Below, one piece after another: positions 30,735 through 45,833 of a stretch of DNA of 64,000 nt. Made by a program: the position numbers and the translations under genes. The notes under the pieces are model-generated. The model searched no databases and had not been told where the DNA came from. It saw only the letters and a program-made list of their open reading frames with translations. The stretch's first letter is position 1. Each line of letters begins with the position of its first letter. This stretch comes from the human T2T-CHM13v2.0 reference genome, Homo sapiens: the NCBI RefSeq assembly GCF_009914755.1, contig NC_060942.1. One strand, given 5' to 3'.

Positions 30735-31150
30735 TTATATTAGTTTTCCAGGGCTCCCATAACAAATTACCACAAACCGGGCGGCTTCAAATTGATCCTC
30801 TCACAGTTGTGATGCCGGAGGCTAGAAGTCTAAAACCAAGGTGTTAGTAAGGCCATGCTCCCTCCAACAGCTCTGGGAGACCCTTCCTTGTCTCTTCCCG
30901 CTTCTTTTGGCCCCCATGTGCTCCTTGGCTTGCAGCTTCATCACGCCCATCTCTGCCTTTCATTATCACCTGGCCTTCTTCATCTGTGTTTTTTACATGG
31001 TCGTCTTTTAAGGAACCAGTCATTGGAGGGCCCACCTTAATCCAGTATATCCTCACCTTAACTAATCATATCTGCAAAGACCTTTTTCCAAATAAAGTCA
31101 TAATCTGAGGTTCCAGGTGGATATGAATCTTGCAGGGACACTATTCAGTT
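30735..31150 (-). mobile_element. MLT1B/C-like MaLR LTR
   Basis: tattagttttccagggctcccataacaaattaccacaaacc...tctgcaaagacctttttccaaataaagtca...gggacactattca. Confidence 0.8.
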
Positions 31151-31153
<3 letters not shown>

Positions 31154-31197
<44 letters not shown>

Positions 31198-31206
31198 TGT
31201 GTGTGT
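31154..31206. repeat. (TG)n microsatellite
   Basis: Directly visible. Confidence 0.95.
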
Positions 31207-31296
31207 ATACATATGAACCCATTTTTATAAATAACTGTATGTGTGAAACACATACACACAGGTACCCCTCACCAGACACACATAAAAGATGTTTAG

Positions 31297-31593
<297 letters not shown>

Positions 31594-32630
31594 AAAAGAT
31601 GTTTAGGAAGATATGAATATGAGTGTTATAACTGGGTGATGGAACAGTGGAAATTTTAATTTTATTTTTTATCTGTATTTTCTGCATTAGTGAAAATGGA
31701 CAGATTTTTTTAATAGAAAAATCTGGCTTTTTGAATAAACAGTAGCACTTTGACATCTTAAAAAAATTGTAGATTTTTATTTTTACTAGCATCCTACTTT
31801 AAGTTTGTTGTTACTTTGCCTCATCCAACTTTAATGAAATATTTTAACTTTAAATAATTAATCCTTTGTAGCATTATACATATATAAATATACATAATGA
31901 ACCCATTAATATATTTGTGATATTAAATGTTTATTATGCTTATTATTATAACAATAGCTAAAGCTGAAATAATATAAAGTAAAATAGGTTTTTGAGACAT
32001 TGAATCAACCAGTGTGATTGTCAGGTTTTTGGTTTAGGTTTGGAAAGCCAAAAAAAGAAAAGAAAACTTATAATTCTTACTCAATTGCTGAACTCAAACC
32101 TTTTTTTCCTTAAAAATGTTTTTAAAGTCTCTAACCCTAGGAACCTAGAAACTTGGTATGGAGGCAGGATGGGGAGGGACTTTACCAAATTTTTAAATTT
32201 CATCTGTTCAAATTGGCTCAAATACTGGGTAACTTTTAACACATGTATCTACTCTAGAACTACTTCATCCACTGACCCTTCTTATTTAGACATTTGTGCC
32301 TATAGTAACATCTCTAGTTATTTAGTCAAAAAGTTTACTAGGTCTTGTGGTAATTTCCTGTTTCTTAATTATCTTTGAATGCTTATTAACTAATTGTTAC
32401 TGTTCTGTCTTTATCCCAAGTTTAACAAAACATTCTCAATTCAGTAATGACCCCTATCCCTAACATTTGTTAAACTACTGCAGTATACTGTATTAAAAAT
32501 TTTGTCCTTTGCTCCTGTAAGTCCTCATAGCATAGCGCTGCAGAATCTAAAGAGGAGACTGCAGTTCAAAAAGCTTCCCTGCTTCCACTGTCCTTCCCAA
32601 ACCCATGGTCTTACCATGTATCTGCCCCTC

Positions 32631-32953
<323 letters not shown>

Positions 32954-33125
32954 TGATTTGGTTCAAACATGGCACAATTTTTATCTGCTTTTTACTGGAA
33001 TGCTCAGTTTCTGTACTTCCCTTTGAAAATTGTAGTGATATTACACTGATGCTAGAAATGTTGTAACTTTACGTTTGACCTGTGACAAGGTAGTAGAGAA
33101 GGAGAGCAGAGAGATACTGCAAGGA

Positions 33126-33126
33126 G

Positions 33127-33167
<41 letters not shown>
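33126..33167. repeat. (TG)n microsatellite
   Basis: Directly visible. Confidence 0.95.
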
Positions 33168-33170
<3 letters not shown>

Positions 33171-34519
33171 CTGATATTTGTCAGGGGCTGCTAGGTACTT
33201 CTAATGCAAAAGTCTGTCAGTTCATTCTTCATTCCAGTAAATAAATAAAGATGTTTATTGATTTAAAAAATTCTTCTTCTGTTCCATATACAATATATAC
33301 AATGATGGTATCTGGTTGCCCAAACAAGAGTACCAGAAGAATAGGGAAGGGAAAAGAAGGATGAACTCTGATCCTGGGATGGAATTTTAAGAAGATACAG
33401 GGAAATCCATTCTCTGGCTGAAATGAGAGAATCATTTCACATGGGAAAAGAAGTTTTGGGGACGATGCCCTACGAAGCTGGTAGTGAAATAATGCTCCTA
33501 GTTTTGATAGTATTTCCCCACTGCTCCACCAACTTAGCTGAACATCGTTTATCTTAGCTCAGCTGTAGCAATGACCAAAATTTCCATTTGCTACTCATCA
33601 TAAAGTGCAGAAGAGAACCTGTCTTGTATATAATTTGCAGTTTCTTCTTTGGGGCTGGAGCATGGGTTTGATGTAGAGGCAGATCAGTACCTTGCCAACT
33701 GAACCCAAGGAGTTAAGTTTAATGTTGTGCTATTTCCCAGTTTGAAGTTTTCAATTTTGATTCTGTGTCAGAGTCTACTATGGAAATAATTAAGAAGAGT
33801 AGATAAGCACAAATATGGCTGGGGGCATAAGGATGTCTTTTGGAGTCAGATTCACTGGAATATTTTTTGCCACTGGCCTGTACTTCCCTTGTCCTGTTAA
33901 TAAGCTTAATTTTATTGGTACTTCATTTTCCATTTTCATTTCAAAATGTTCTCATGAGTTTAAAAATCAATTTTACCATAATGTAAATACAGACCTTTGG
34001 ATAGGCACCAATCTCTAAGAGTAGAATACTGAGAGGCTTGTCTATTTTTTTTTAAGGAATAGCTTTTTCTAAACACATAGTCAAGATACCAATCTGAAGT
34101 CTTTCATTAGCTTTGAAAAAATTATAAGCAGTATAATGTACATGGTCTCTGTCCATTTTGACTAATTTACCACAAAAAGCAAATTGAGAGGCTTGAACCC
34201 CAAATCTGTAGTAACTAGAAATGCACGATGTGATGACTCCTACGATATTAACATACCTTATATGTTACAGCTGGCAGATTTGCCAGCCAAAAATTCATTC
34301 CCAGCGATAAACTGAGTAACTAGCCACCCAAATCTCTACATTTTGAGCTTTTCTTCACAGAAACTTAAAATCATCTTGGTTAAAGTGAAAATGTAAAATG
34401 AGATCTTGGTAGAATTTAAAAAGACAAAATGGCTTATTAAAGACCACAATTGTGTCCTCACTTGGAATTATTTTTTCTTCCTGCTTAATCTCATGACATA
34501 AACACAAGAGCAGGGAGAG

Positions 34520-35410
34520 TCTTAATTAAAAGCAAGAATCCTGGAATTCATCCTAGGTCCAAATCCCTGCTTTGCCACTTAATAATGGTGACTAGACAAG
34601 TCACTAAACCTCTCCGAGTCTGTATCTTTTCCTACATAACATAAAAGCAGCAGTGATCACATGGCATTGTTGCAAAGATTAAATTAAAAAATTCCTGTTT
34701 TACTCTTTCATTAGGCATGTGGAAAGTTTTCAATAAATATTAGTTATTGTAACTTCTAATCTAGTTCCCCTTGTTTACTAGTGAAGAAAAGGAGATCCCA
34801 AAGAGTTGAGACACATGTGCCCACATTTATCCAACTGGTTGATAGTTCTGGAACTAGAAGCTGCTGCCCCTGATGCCTAGAACAGAGCTCTCATTAAGCT
34901 GCAGGGCAGCTAGGGAGCTTTTGGTATCTGTGTTCCAGACATTTCCCTACTCACCTTTAAAAAAAAAAAAATGCCTAGAAGACAGGGTCCTTTAATTCAC
35001 TCAACCCTAGTCTGTTCCTAGCCATCTCACATAGCACTAGGGGCACGTATTGATATTTGCCTTTTGTATGATTTGGCACACCTTTGTTTGCATTCATTCA
35101 GCATTTATTTATTGTGTACCTACTGTGTGCCACACACAGTTCCAGACACAGGAGATAAAGCTGTAAACAAAACATATTCTATAAAGTTTCTGCCTTCATA
35201 GAGCTTACATCCTGGGGGCAAGAGGAGTGGACAGATGGTAAACAAACAAGATAATTACCAATGGTGTTAGTATCACCGAGGGCAGAGTAGAGAGATGTGG
35301 GAGTAACTGGAAGCGGCCACTTCAGAAGTGGGCATGGAGGGTTCACTGGGGAGTTGACATTTGAGCCAAACCTGAAGCATGAGATGCAGCCAACCCTGCC
35401 AAGTGCTGGA
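34520..35410. mobile_element. MIR and L2 fragments
   Basis: MIR core (acaagtcactaaacctctccgagtc) and reverse L2 end (cattcattcagcatttatttattgtgtacctactgtgtgcc). Confidence 0.6.
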
Positions 35411-38400
35411 ACAAGCTGCTCTTCCGTGGCATGAGGTCTTGAGCCCCAGTTATCCCTAAGGATGAAACTTGAGGCTTTGCTCTGTCATTTGTTTCTTATT
35501 ATGAGAAGATTTAGAAAAAGCAGACACCGAAGTACCTGAGAAGGAACTAGCACCACCAAGAGTACAAGAGAGCTCAGAACCAGGAGGTGGGGACCACTCC
35601 TACAAAATGTGTGCACCACAGGACTTTGCCTAGTGGCAGCATGATTGTTTGATGACCGCATATGCTTCTGCTATATTGCATGCACCTGATTTTATGCAGT
35701 GGACTAACAACTGAGCATGACCACCCACTATGGTACCAGCAGCACCTATGTCCTGAAAGGTTGACCCAGGGCCCTGCTCGTTGGGGGCAGCGTGGGCATG
35801 ACTGGAAAAGACCTGGGATCATGGGAAAGAGCTAAGGTCAGGGTAAGAGGGAACGAGGCCAAGTAGGGCTGGGAAAGTAAACAGAAGGCATATGGTCAAG
35901 AAGGAGTGGATGTGCTGGGAGCTGAGTTGGCGGGGGAGGGGGTACTGAGAAAAGTTGGTGCCCTGAGGAGACCAGCCAAGCCCTGTGGCATGGGAATGAG
36001 CTCTAGGTCATTGAAATTATTTTCAGAGCATGGACGAAGCCACCCACTGCTAGAAACAGATGGACATTTAGGCAAATATAATCAGCTGCATTTCTGACCA
36101 TATGAAGAAGCGTATGTCTATGTGGGGCAGGGAAGGGTTAGCCTTTTACTCTCTCATTGTACATGTCAAGTTTCATTCATATCCATGGACGTTATGAATG
36201 CTACAAAGAACTTTTTTAGAATTCCAAAATTTTGTCATACCCTGGATAGGAGCCAAATTTCCAAGTCATTTCAGGGCTGTAGCTATTGACTTGTTAAGTC
36301 TGAGTTTAGAAAACAAAACAAAAATCCACCCGTATATGCTGTTTTGAAAGTTTGTCTTTTTTGTTTAGTTACGATAGGGTGGCTAGCCAAACTAAGCCCT
36401 GTATGCAAGGAGCTGCCTAATGAATAGTAGTGGATGAGGTTAATGCAGATAAATAACAATGAGGCTGTTAAAAATGGAGTTGATTTTCAAGGTGACTTAC
36501 GGAATGTCCTATTGTAGGCGGTTGGAGACACCTGTGTTTTAATGATATTCTGTTGGTTTTTTTTCTTAAAACATATGTAGAATACTTGGTGATATGGCAA
36601 GAAAGAGCTTAATCTCCGTGTTTTGAAAAATAATCATTAATGGTAAAAGGGATGGGCACCCTGAAAAAGAGTATTATTTTTATGTTCATTCTCTCTTGGA
36701 GGTGGCAGTTATTAGCTGTCGTTAGGAGTTTGATTGTCAGACTAAATGGAACTTTGTATGCACATTAAAAGCATTATCATTAAGAAGTGACTGATAATGA
36801 AGAGCACATTCATATTGGAATGATAGGCAGCCTGGAAAAGCCTGCAGTAGAGAGCAAGCACCTCAAACCTGATAAAACTCACATTTATCTCATCTTCCTC
36901 TAAACAGCATAGTTTTGAAGATTCTTACATTGGTCTTCTTCACTAGTTCTAAACCATCAATGCCTAATTTTGAGAGAAAAAAATAGTATATTTCAGTGTC
37001 TATATTTTAATAAAGTATGTGCATGTTGTCATATGGACAGTGTCCTGATGTTTCTCCATCATCCTTGTGTGAAGTCAGTTCCGTGCTCACACCCCTGCCA
37101 CATGGAGAGGCCCGGCCGCAGGGAGGGTCTGTGCCTGGAGGAGTTGGTCTTGCATTGTCTGTCTAATCCCATCACAGTCATAGAGCCCCGTAAAAATAAA
37201 ATACGTGCAGGTCTGCCCACAGCAGCTTATGTGTGCTATTACCTGGAGACAATAAATGACTTCTTAAATTCCCATTCCAGCCCTAGAATCCATGCATACG
37301 GCAATTAGTCCACAAGTTAAACAGAAGCTTTAATACCCAGTTTTAGGCGAAACTCCATAGTTCCTGTAATCTCTCTCCAGGAGATTTTATCCTGTCAAGG
37401 TTTGTCTTTCAGAGACACCCTCTTTGACTCCCTCTTTGCTCCATCCTGATCTCCCTCCTCAAACAAATACTTTCTCTGTGCCCCACATTGCAGGTCACAA
37501 ATAAAGAGAAAGTGATGAATCTAGAATGATCTGGTGATATTCTTTCCTTGGGTGAAATGTTTAAATCCTGCCTCTCGAGGTATTGAACCTAGAGAATGAA
37601 TTATGCGCAGATGAAAAGCGGGATATTTCTGGTTCAGGAGACACATTTACACTGTCCCTCCCTATGGAAGCCCAGTTCATTATTAGGGGAGGCTGTGGGA
37701 GATTTAACATCAGCCTTTTGTGGTGAGGACGCTGGGAAGGAGGCACGCAGGCAGGATCTGTGTTTACAAGGCTTTTCAGAGGAAAAGACGTTTGGGGGGA
37801 TGTCTGTGATGGGACTGAATATCTTCATTCCCCTCCGGAGGATAACATATATTCTAATGCAGAAGTAGTCTTTGAGAAAAACTTTTGAGGTTTCTTCCTT
37901 TGGCTGAGTATTTAATCTGTGGGCATGAATGTACAATTTGCAGGTTATTTTAGAAAGATGCCACTTCTAAGAGAAGAAAATATTGGTGATTGATAAATCT
38001 CTTTTTAAATTCTCATAATATTTGCAGATACTTAGAAATGTTTACAAAACGGCTATTTCTGTTAGAATAACACAAAATTCTTCTAAGTAAAAAGCCTTCT
38101 TTACAAGCGCATTTGAAATAATGCACCTCACTTTACCTGCTATGCTGGAACAGGCCAACTTTGGCAATCCTAAAACCTTTAACCAGGAACAACTCTGTGA
38201 AATGAGAACTGACAGTGTGGCCTTGACCTGGACCGAGCGAAAGTCCAGTGACTGGCAAAGAAAGCCATTCTTTTGGATCACAGGTCCTTCTCCCCTGTTG
38301 GCATGTGTAGAAACACTTTGAAAGGATCTCAAACACCTAGTCAGTTGGACTTAATTTCCAAGGAAGCATCGATATTTCTAACCATTACCTTAATAAACCA

Positions 38401-38596
38401 CTTGGGTTATAAGAAATTCAGAAATCATTATATGCTCAAGCCCAAAGAAATAAGTTTCTTAGGTGAAAGAAAAATATACTTTTTCTTTATATCTCTCTTC
38501 TAGTCTGCTCGTTGTTTCATTTATGTGAAACTGGGTGAAGAATGCACTGCATGTATTTACCCTAAACTGTTGGTAGTGGATTACTTTCCCCAGTGA

Positions 38597-39040
<444 letters not shown>

Positions 39041-39344
39041 TCAGAACATTTTATGTTGAACATGAAGTTTCCAGTTGAATGTGGACTCCTTTAAGGAGTG
39101 ACATAAAGAAGGTAACTTAAAAAAAAAAAAAGGAGAAGAAGGTAGCTTAAATCCAAAAGGCCCTTTAAAGGCTCAGCCTCCAAGTGGGTTTGGTATAAGT
39201 AAATCCAGGCCAAATGGGGTCTCCTTGCAGCGCAGCAGATAGCAGTCAACCACTTATGGAGGCTGTTCTTCTGCAGATGAACTTGCCTGAATTTGGGAAG
39301 TTTGGTAAACTCAGACTTTAGATGATATAAAAACAAAAAAGTCA

Positions 39345-39628
39345 GGCTGGGTACTGTGGCTCACGCCTGTAATCCTAGCACTTTGGGAGCCCAAGACAGA
39401 AGGATTACTTTTTGAGCCCAGGAATTCATGATCAGCCTATGCAACATAGTGAGACCCCTGTCTCTACAAAAAAATGAAAAGTAAGCTGGGAGTGGTGGCA
39501 CACGCCTGTAGTCCCAGCTTCTTGAGAGGCTGAGCTAAGAGCATTGCTTTAGCCCAGGAGATTGAGCCTGCAGTGAGCTATGATGGCACCACTGCACTCC
39601 AGCCTGGACTGCCGAGTGAGACCCTGTC

Positions 39629-39676
<48 letters not shown>

Positions 39677-39847
39677 CCAACGTGATGGTTCACACCTGTG
39701 GTCCCAGCTACTCAGGGATGCTGATACAGTAGGATTGCTTGGGCCCAGGAGGCAGAGGTTGTGAGCCAAGATCTCACCACTGCATTCCAGCCTGGACTGC
39801 ACTCCAGCCTGAACAACAGAGCAAAGCCTCATTTCAAAAAAAAAAAA
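39345..39847 (+). mobile_element. AluJ-like dimer with A39 tail immediately followed by an extra right-arm monomer
   Basis: J-type features (gagcccagga, gtctctacaaaa), poly(A) at 39633-39671, second arm at 39675-39847. Confidence 0.88.
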
Positions 39848-40496
39848 TCAAAATAGGTTCCACATTAAACCCTTTTCCTTATAGCCACACACCTCAAATG
39901 GGACCAGAGCCAGATCCCGGGACAACAATTGGCCTATCATGAAACCTGCTGGAAAAAATATACATATATGTATATATACTGTTTTGTCCTCCAAAATCAG
40001 TGATCGGTGAAAGTGTGAAAAGAGAAAATGAGGACAGGCAGCCCCCTCCCCTGAAGTATGGCTGATAGTGTGTTTGCAAGGGGTGGGGCAGGGCAGAGAG
40101 ACAAAATGAATTACATAGGAAATAATTTCAGTTAACACTCATAATGCTAGCTAGCACATATTATGTATTTGCTTAATTTTGAAGAGCCACTTCTCTGGAG
40201 TAATTCACAAACCTTGCCAAATTTGTTCTTGAACAAAATTGTTGAGTATTTTGTAGTTAAGTTTTAGGTGCAGAACTGGTAAAGGTGGTAGAATTCATAT
40301 TTTGCTCAGTAGGCTAACTCAGGTCTCATTGACTCACATAAAACTCCATTTATTGTAGTAAGCAGAAATACAGTGTCTAATGTGTCTGATTCAATCACTA
40401 CTGCAAAGCATAACCTTGCTGTACCTCTCCACCCAACACCACCGCCAAATACTGAATAAAGGATGAAACTGAGCAAAATCTACACATTGGCCCTCA

Positions 40497-41009
<513 letters not shown>

Positions 41010-41122
41010 CTATATTGTGATTATTAGTTTATTTTCAAGTAGGGGCAATAAATGCAAATTTGTTTTAAAATAAAATTTAAATACAATATTAAAGTGTGGT
41101 GACCCAGGGACTGCAGTGCTAG

Positions 41123-41507
<385 letters not shown>

Positions 41508-43249
41508 TAAACAACACAGTGATCTGGCTGAGATTCCAATTGAAAGCCACAAAGTGGGAGACAGCGCTTTGACTTTCTCCTTTGCAAGGATGGGACAGAG
41601 AGATGCTCATGTCCCAGAGGCCATGTGGCAAGTCACCTAAGAATAAACTGTTGTTTCCATGTAAAAGACATGCTGAAGATCCAAACATGAGAATAAACCC
41701 CGCACAGTGAGTTGCTCCTTGTTCTGTAATAGTTAGTATGACCTTACCTTTCATAACCATTTATCTTTCTTGACTGAGTCTTTGGGAAGTACTCCATGAA
41801 TTAAAAATTAGCTTTTTGAATTGTATAATTCCTACCTTCCATAGGATGTTGATGTAATTGGTAATATCCCTAAGGACTAGCAGTCGTGAATTGAAGTTTG
41901 TGTCCACTTTTGTAAGGGAAGAGTATGATTCCTGCCCTGCTTTCCTCCCAAGATTCTTCCAAGGGTCAATAGAACCACTTTATCTCTAAAAAGATATAAA
42001 ATTTCCTTGTGTTATCCACACAGCATTTCTGCAGACTAGGTAGGGACAAGTACTTTTACCTTTATATTGTCATATAGATTGAGACCCCAGAAATCATAAT
42101 GAAATCTTAGGATTTTAGAATGTATCCACCTAGGGACTAGGACAATTTAATACTCTCTCACCTGAGTTTAACATTTGGAAAAAATATATAAATGTTCTGT
42201 GAATGTTGTAGCCACTTGTATCATTTAAGTTTAACTATATGGAAAGCATACCTGTAGAAAAAGCAGGAGCTGAAAGAATTGGGAAAACAAAAGGGTGGAT
42301 GGCAGTGCAGGAATAGAATCCTTTTTCCACTTTGGCTGACACTTCACTTGCGGGAGGTTCAGGACAGTTCCCCTTCCAGGGAAAGTGAGTCCAGACTCAG
42401 AACTCTCAGGCCTAAAATCGGAAAAGCTGGCTTGTTTGGGTTCGGGGCAAACAGTGGGAGCAAAGACAGCCACAGAGTGAAGTGCGCTTAGAAGTACCTT
42501 GCTGAAATTTGGAAAGAGGAAGATCGATTATAAGAATATTCCCATCAGCAGGGGTGTTAAATAGAAATTAACTATATTGATTTCATTGTTATTAATTTGA
42601 AGTAGGTATTGAAGTCTACTCATTTAATGTGTTGTTATTTTATTTTAGGAAATGGTGAAAAATTTCTTGCCTTCATTGGTTCACTTATTCTTAATCTGTC
42701 TTCTAAACTAGTTATCCCACAGGTCCCTTAACACATGGTAGCCCCTGCCACAGGGCTTGTGAGGACTACAGCTGTGTTGGCTAGCAATGGTGGAGATTTG
42801 AGTGGTATGCCTGGTAACTAAGTACCCAGAATTTTTCTAAAGCCCAGATCTGGTGCTGTTTTCATTGTTTACCTGATCATCTTAATGAACTGCTTGAAGG
42901 CAGATAGTGCCTTGACTTACCTTTGTGAGCTGAATGTCTGTTTACATTATGAAAGGACAATTGTTGTCCTTAAGTGAATGTTATCAGCAAAGACCTGGAG
43001 GAAAGTGTGATTTATTGACAAACTGCAGCAAATGACTTGCTTCCTTGTTTATATGGATTTTTAAAAAGCTGTCATTACTCTTCTACCTGTACTTCTGTTG
43101 TATATTAATTTCTCTTATGTAACCACAGAACGTTTTTACTCACTTGTGTATGGGTTATTTTTCTAAAACACAGATCTGTTTGTGTCTTTTCTGCTTTGCA
43201 TTTAGATTTTTTTTAAATCATCTTGATTAAAAATTTCATCTCAATTTGG

Positions 43250-44653
43250 TTTGGTGCCATCTAGCATAACCCTGGGCCTCGACACCACATCCTCCATCAG
43301 TACATTGCCCGGTAATGCAGAAGCTTTCCATTACTGCCTGAAGAAGAAACCGCTAGAAAAGCCCATCAGCTGCCAAAAGTTATGCCAGTATATGATCATT
43401 TCATCAGTCCAAAATATTTTAAATTTTGAATTATTTACCCTTACTAAGATTATACATAATTTACATAGATGATTTTAAAAATTGACTACATTTAAAAAGC
43501 AAATGGTTTCGTTTAATAAATGATAGACTAAAGAAAACAGTGGAAGTTATTAACCAAAAAGTAAAAAACCTTCAATAATGGTGTACAAAGCAGTAATTAT
43601 GGTCACACTATCTGAGATTCCAATGCTGTGAGATTTTTCAGATCCTTACGAGAAGACAATTTAGAGATAAGGGTGCTTCTGGGAATGGAGTGATAGATAT
43701 TTATTTTTACATTTATTTCTAAATGAAACCTTCATTTAGCACTTTAAAGTAGAAAACAGATTTTTATTGCTTTCATGAGCATAAATAGGAACTCCAAACA
43801 CAACTATTTCATAAAATGTAGATTTTTGTCTAAAACCTATATACTATAGATTTTGCTGTTATATCTAGTCATGTTTAAAAATATTACTTCTATATCTGTA
43901 AATACCATTTTTCACTAAAAGGAATCAGGAGCGCTTGGAGAAATTACTGGTTTTAGGTCTGAGGCAAGAAATATACAAGTTGGCCTTGGAACATCTCGTC
44001 ATATTGGAAAAGAAGAAGGTTATCAAAGACCACTAAGACTGTGTCAAAAGAACTTAGAGGCTAGCTTGAATAAGCTCTTGCAAGCTTTTATCAATAAAGG
44101 TATAATTTCAATGGATTGAAACATATCAAATATGTTTAAGTCCGTGGATTCATAATTATACTTCAAAATATAAGAACAAAAACTTCATTGGTCATGTTTG
44201 GAGAATATTAGGGAACTACTCATCACTTTGAAAACTGGCAAATAGAGAAAAAGAGTTAGGCACCTCTCCTGCCTTTCCTCGATGACCTGTATCTCAGGGT
44301 ACCTCAGGGGGAAACTTCTCTTTGTAGAATTATTCCAGCTAATAAATCAAGAATGAATAATAGAATATTTGAAGTTTTAGTGAATTATTGGATCTAGGCA
44401 AATATCAGAGCTAACAATATCATGGAAGCAGGCAGTCAGAGGTAATAGTTATCTGCCTTCTGATGGAAGTTCAAACACGGCGTGAAATAGTCTGTTTGAT
44501 GCAATTGTCATATACTGGCATAACCTTTGGCAGCTGATGGGCTGTTCTATTGGTTTCTTCTTCAGGCAGTAATGGAAAGCTTTTGCATTACCAGGCAGTG
44601 TATTGATGGAGGATTAGGTGTCAAAGCCCAGAGTTGTGCTAGATGGCATCAAA
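43250..44653. repeat. 157-bp inverted repeat pair (43250-43406 and 44497-44653)
   Basis: Hand alignment is ungapped, with 139/157 positions identical to the reverse complement. Confidence 0.92.
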
Positions 44654-45290
44654 TCCCCGTCCCATTAGAACTTGAATAAGATCAAGGCTCTAGATGGAAT
44701 TATCAGTCTGTAGGGATGCAGAGGACAGCGGAACATGTTAAACCACAGCAGTGTGATACAATGAGAAAAATCCAGAATGTGGAAACTATCAGACAACCTA
44801 GTTCCTTCAACAACAACTTTTTTTTTAATTGCAAGGAAAGATTAGAAATAGAGAAGAAACTTTATAAAGAAATTTAAAGAATGTATCAAAGAATCATAAT
44901 GTATGAACCTTATATGAATCCAGATTCAAGCAATCTGAAGTTAAATTTGTATTATAATATATTGAAATGCATATTTGATATAAGTAATTATTTTCATTTT
45001 TAGGTGTGATAATATTCTGTTTTTTTTAAAAAATTATTTTTCAGAGACACACTGAAACACTTACAGGTGAAATTATGTGATTATTGGCACTTACTCCAAA
45101 ATAATCTGGCTTGGTAGGCTAGGATGGGATTGACACAAGGGGAGTTGATAGGAGTATAAATCAAACAAGTTGGTCAAGTATTGATAATTCTTGAATCCAA
45201 GGGGTAAACCTAACTGGTTTGTTATTCTCTTCTCTCTCCTTTTGCATGTATTTGAAAGTTTCCAAAATAGAAGTTAATACATAGCTACAA
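43880..45290 (+). mobile_element. Old L1MC-type 3' UTR fragments
   Basis: aaaaggaatcaggagcgcttggagaaat, ccttggaacatc, aaatccagaatgtggaaac, ttttaggtgtgataata. Boundaries are approximate. Confidence 0.6.
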
Positions 45291-45833
45291 TATATACATA
45301 TACATACATATACAATATATCAATATATATATATTCCACAAACTAGGTAAAATTGCAAAGTTTCATCCAGGTTTAAATATTAAAAAAAGAATCCTTTATC
45401 ACTGCACACCTACTAGAATGGCCAAACCCCAAAACACTAACGTTTCCAAGTCTTTGTAGTGAGTACTGAAATAATGTATGAAACTAACAGATTACTCTGG
45501 TGTATACTGCTACAAACCTGGTAACTTTTTAATATCACACGTAGACTTACAGTCAAAAGGGAGACTCTAAATTGTGTTATAAATTAGGAATCTCAGAACC
45601 TGAGGAACATTTGGATTTAGTTGGAGAGATATAAAATGGTACTGCATGAAAAATATGTGAAATTTAATAATTTTAATGCAAATATGTAAAATAGAAAAAG
45701 ATGCTAAAGGGCTTAGCCAGAGCAGGACTTTTACATGCCCTGGAGTCCTGCCAGGATCTTGACCTCGAATAGGTATCTTTTGTGTTTCTGAGTTAATTTC
45801 CTTGTTGTTAAATAAACTTTGTTTTTTTTCTAG

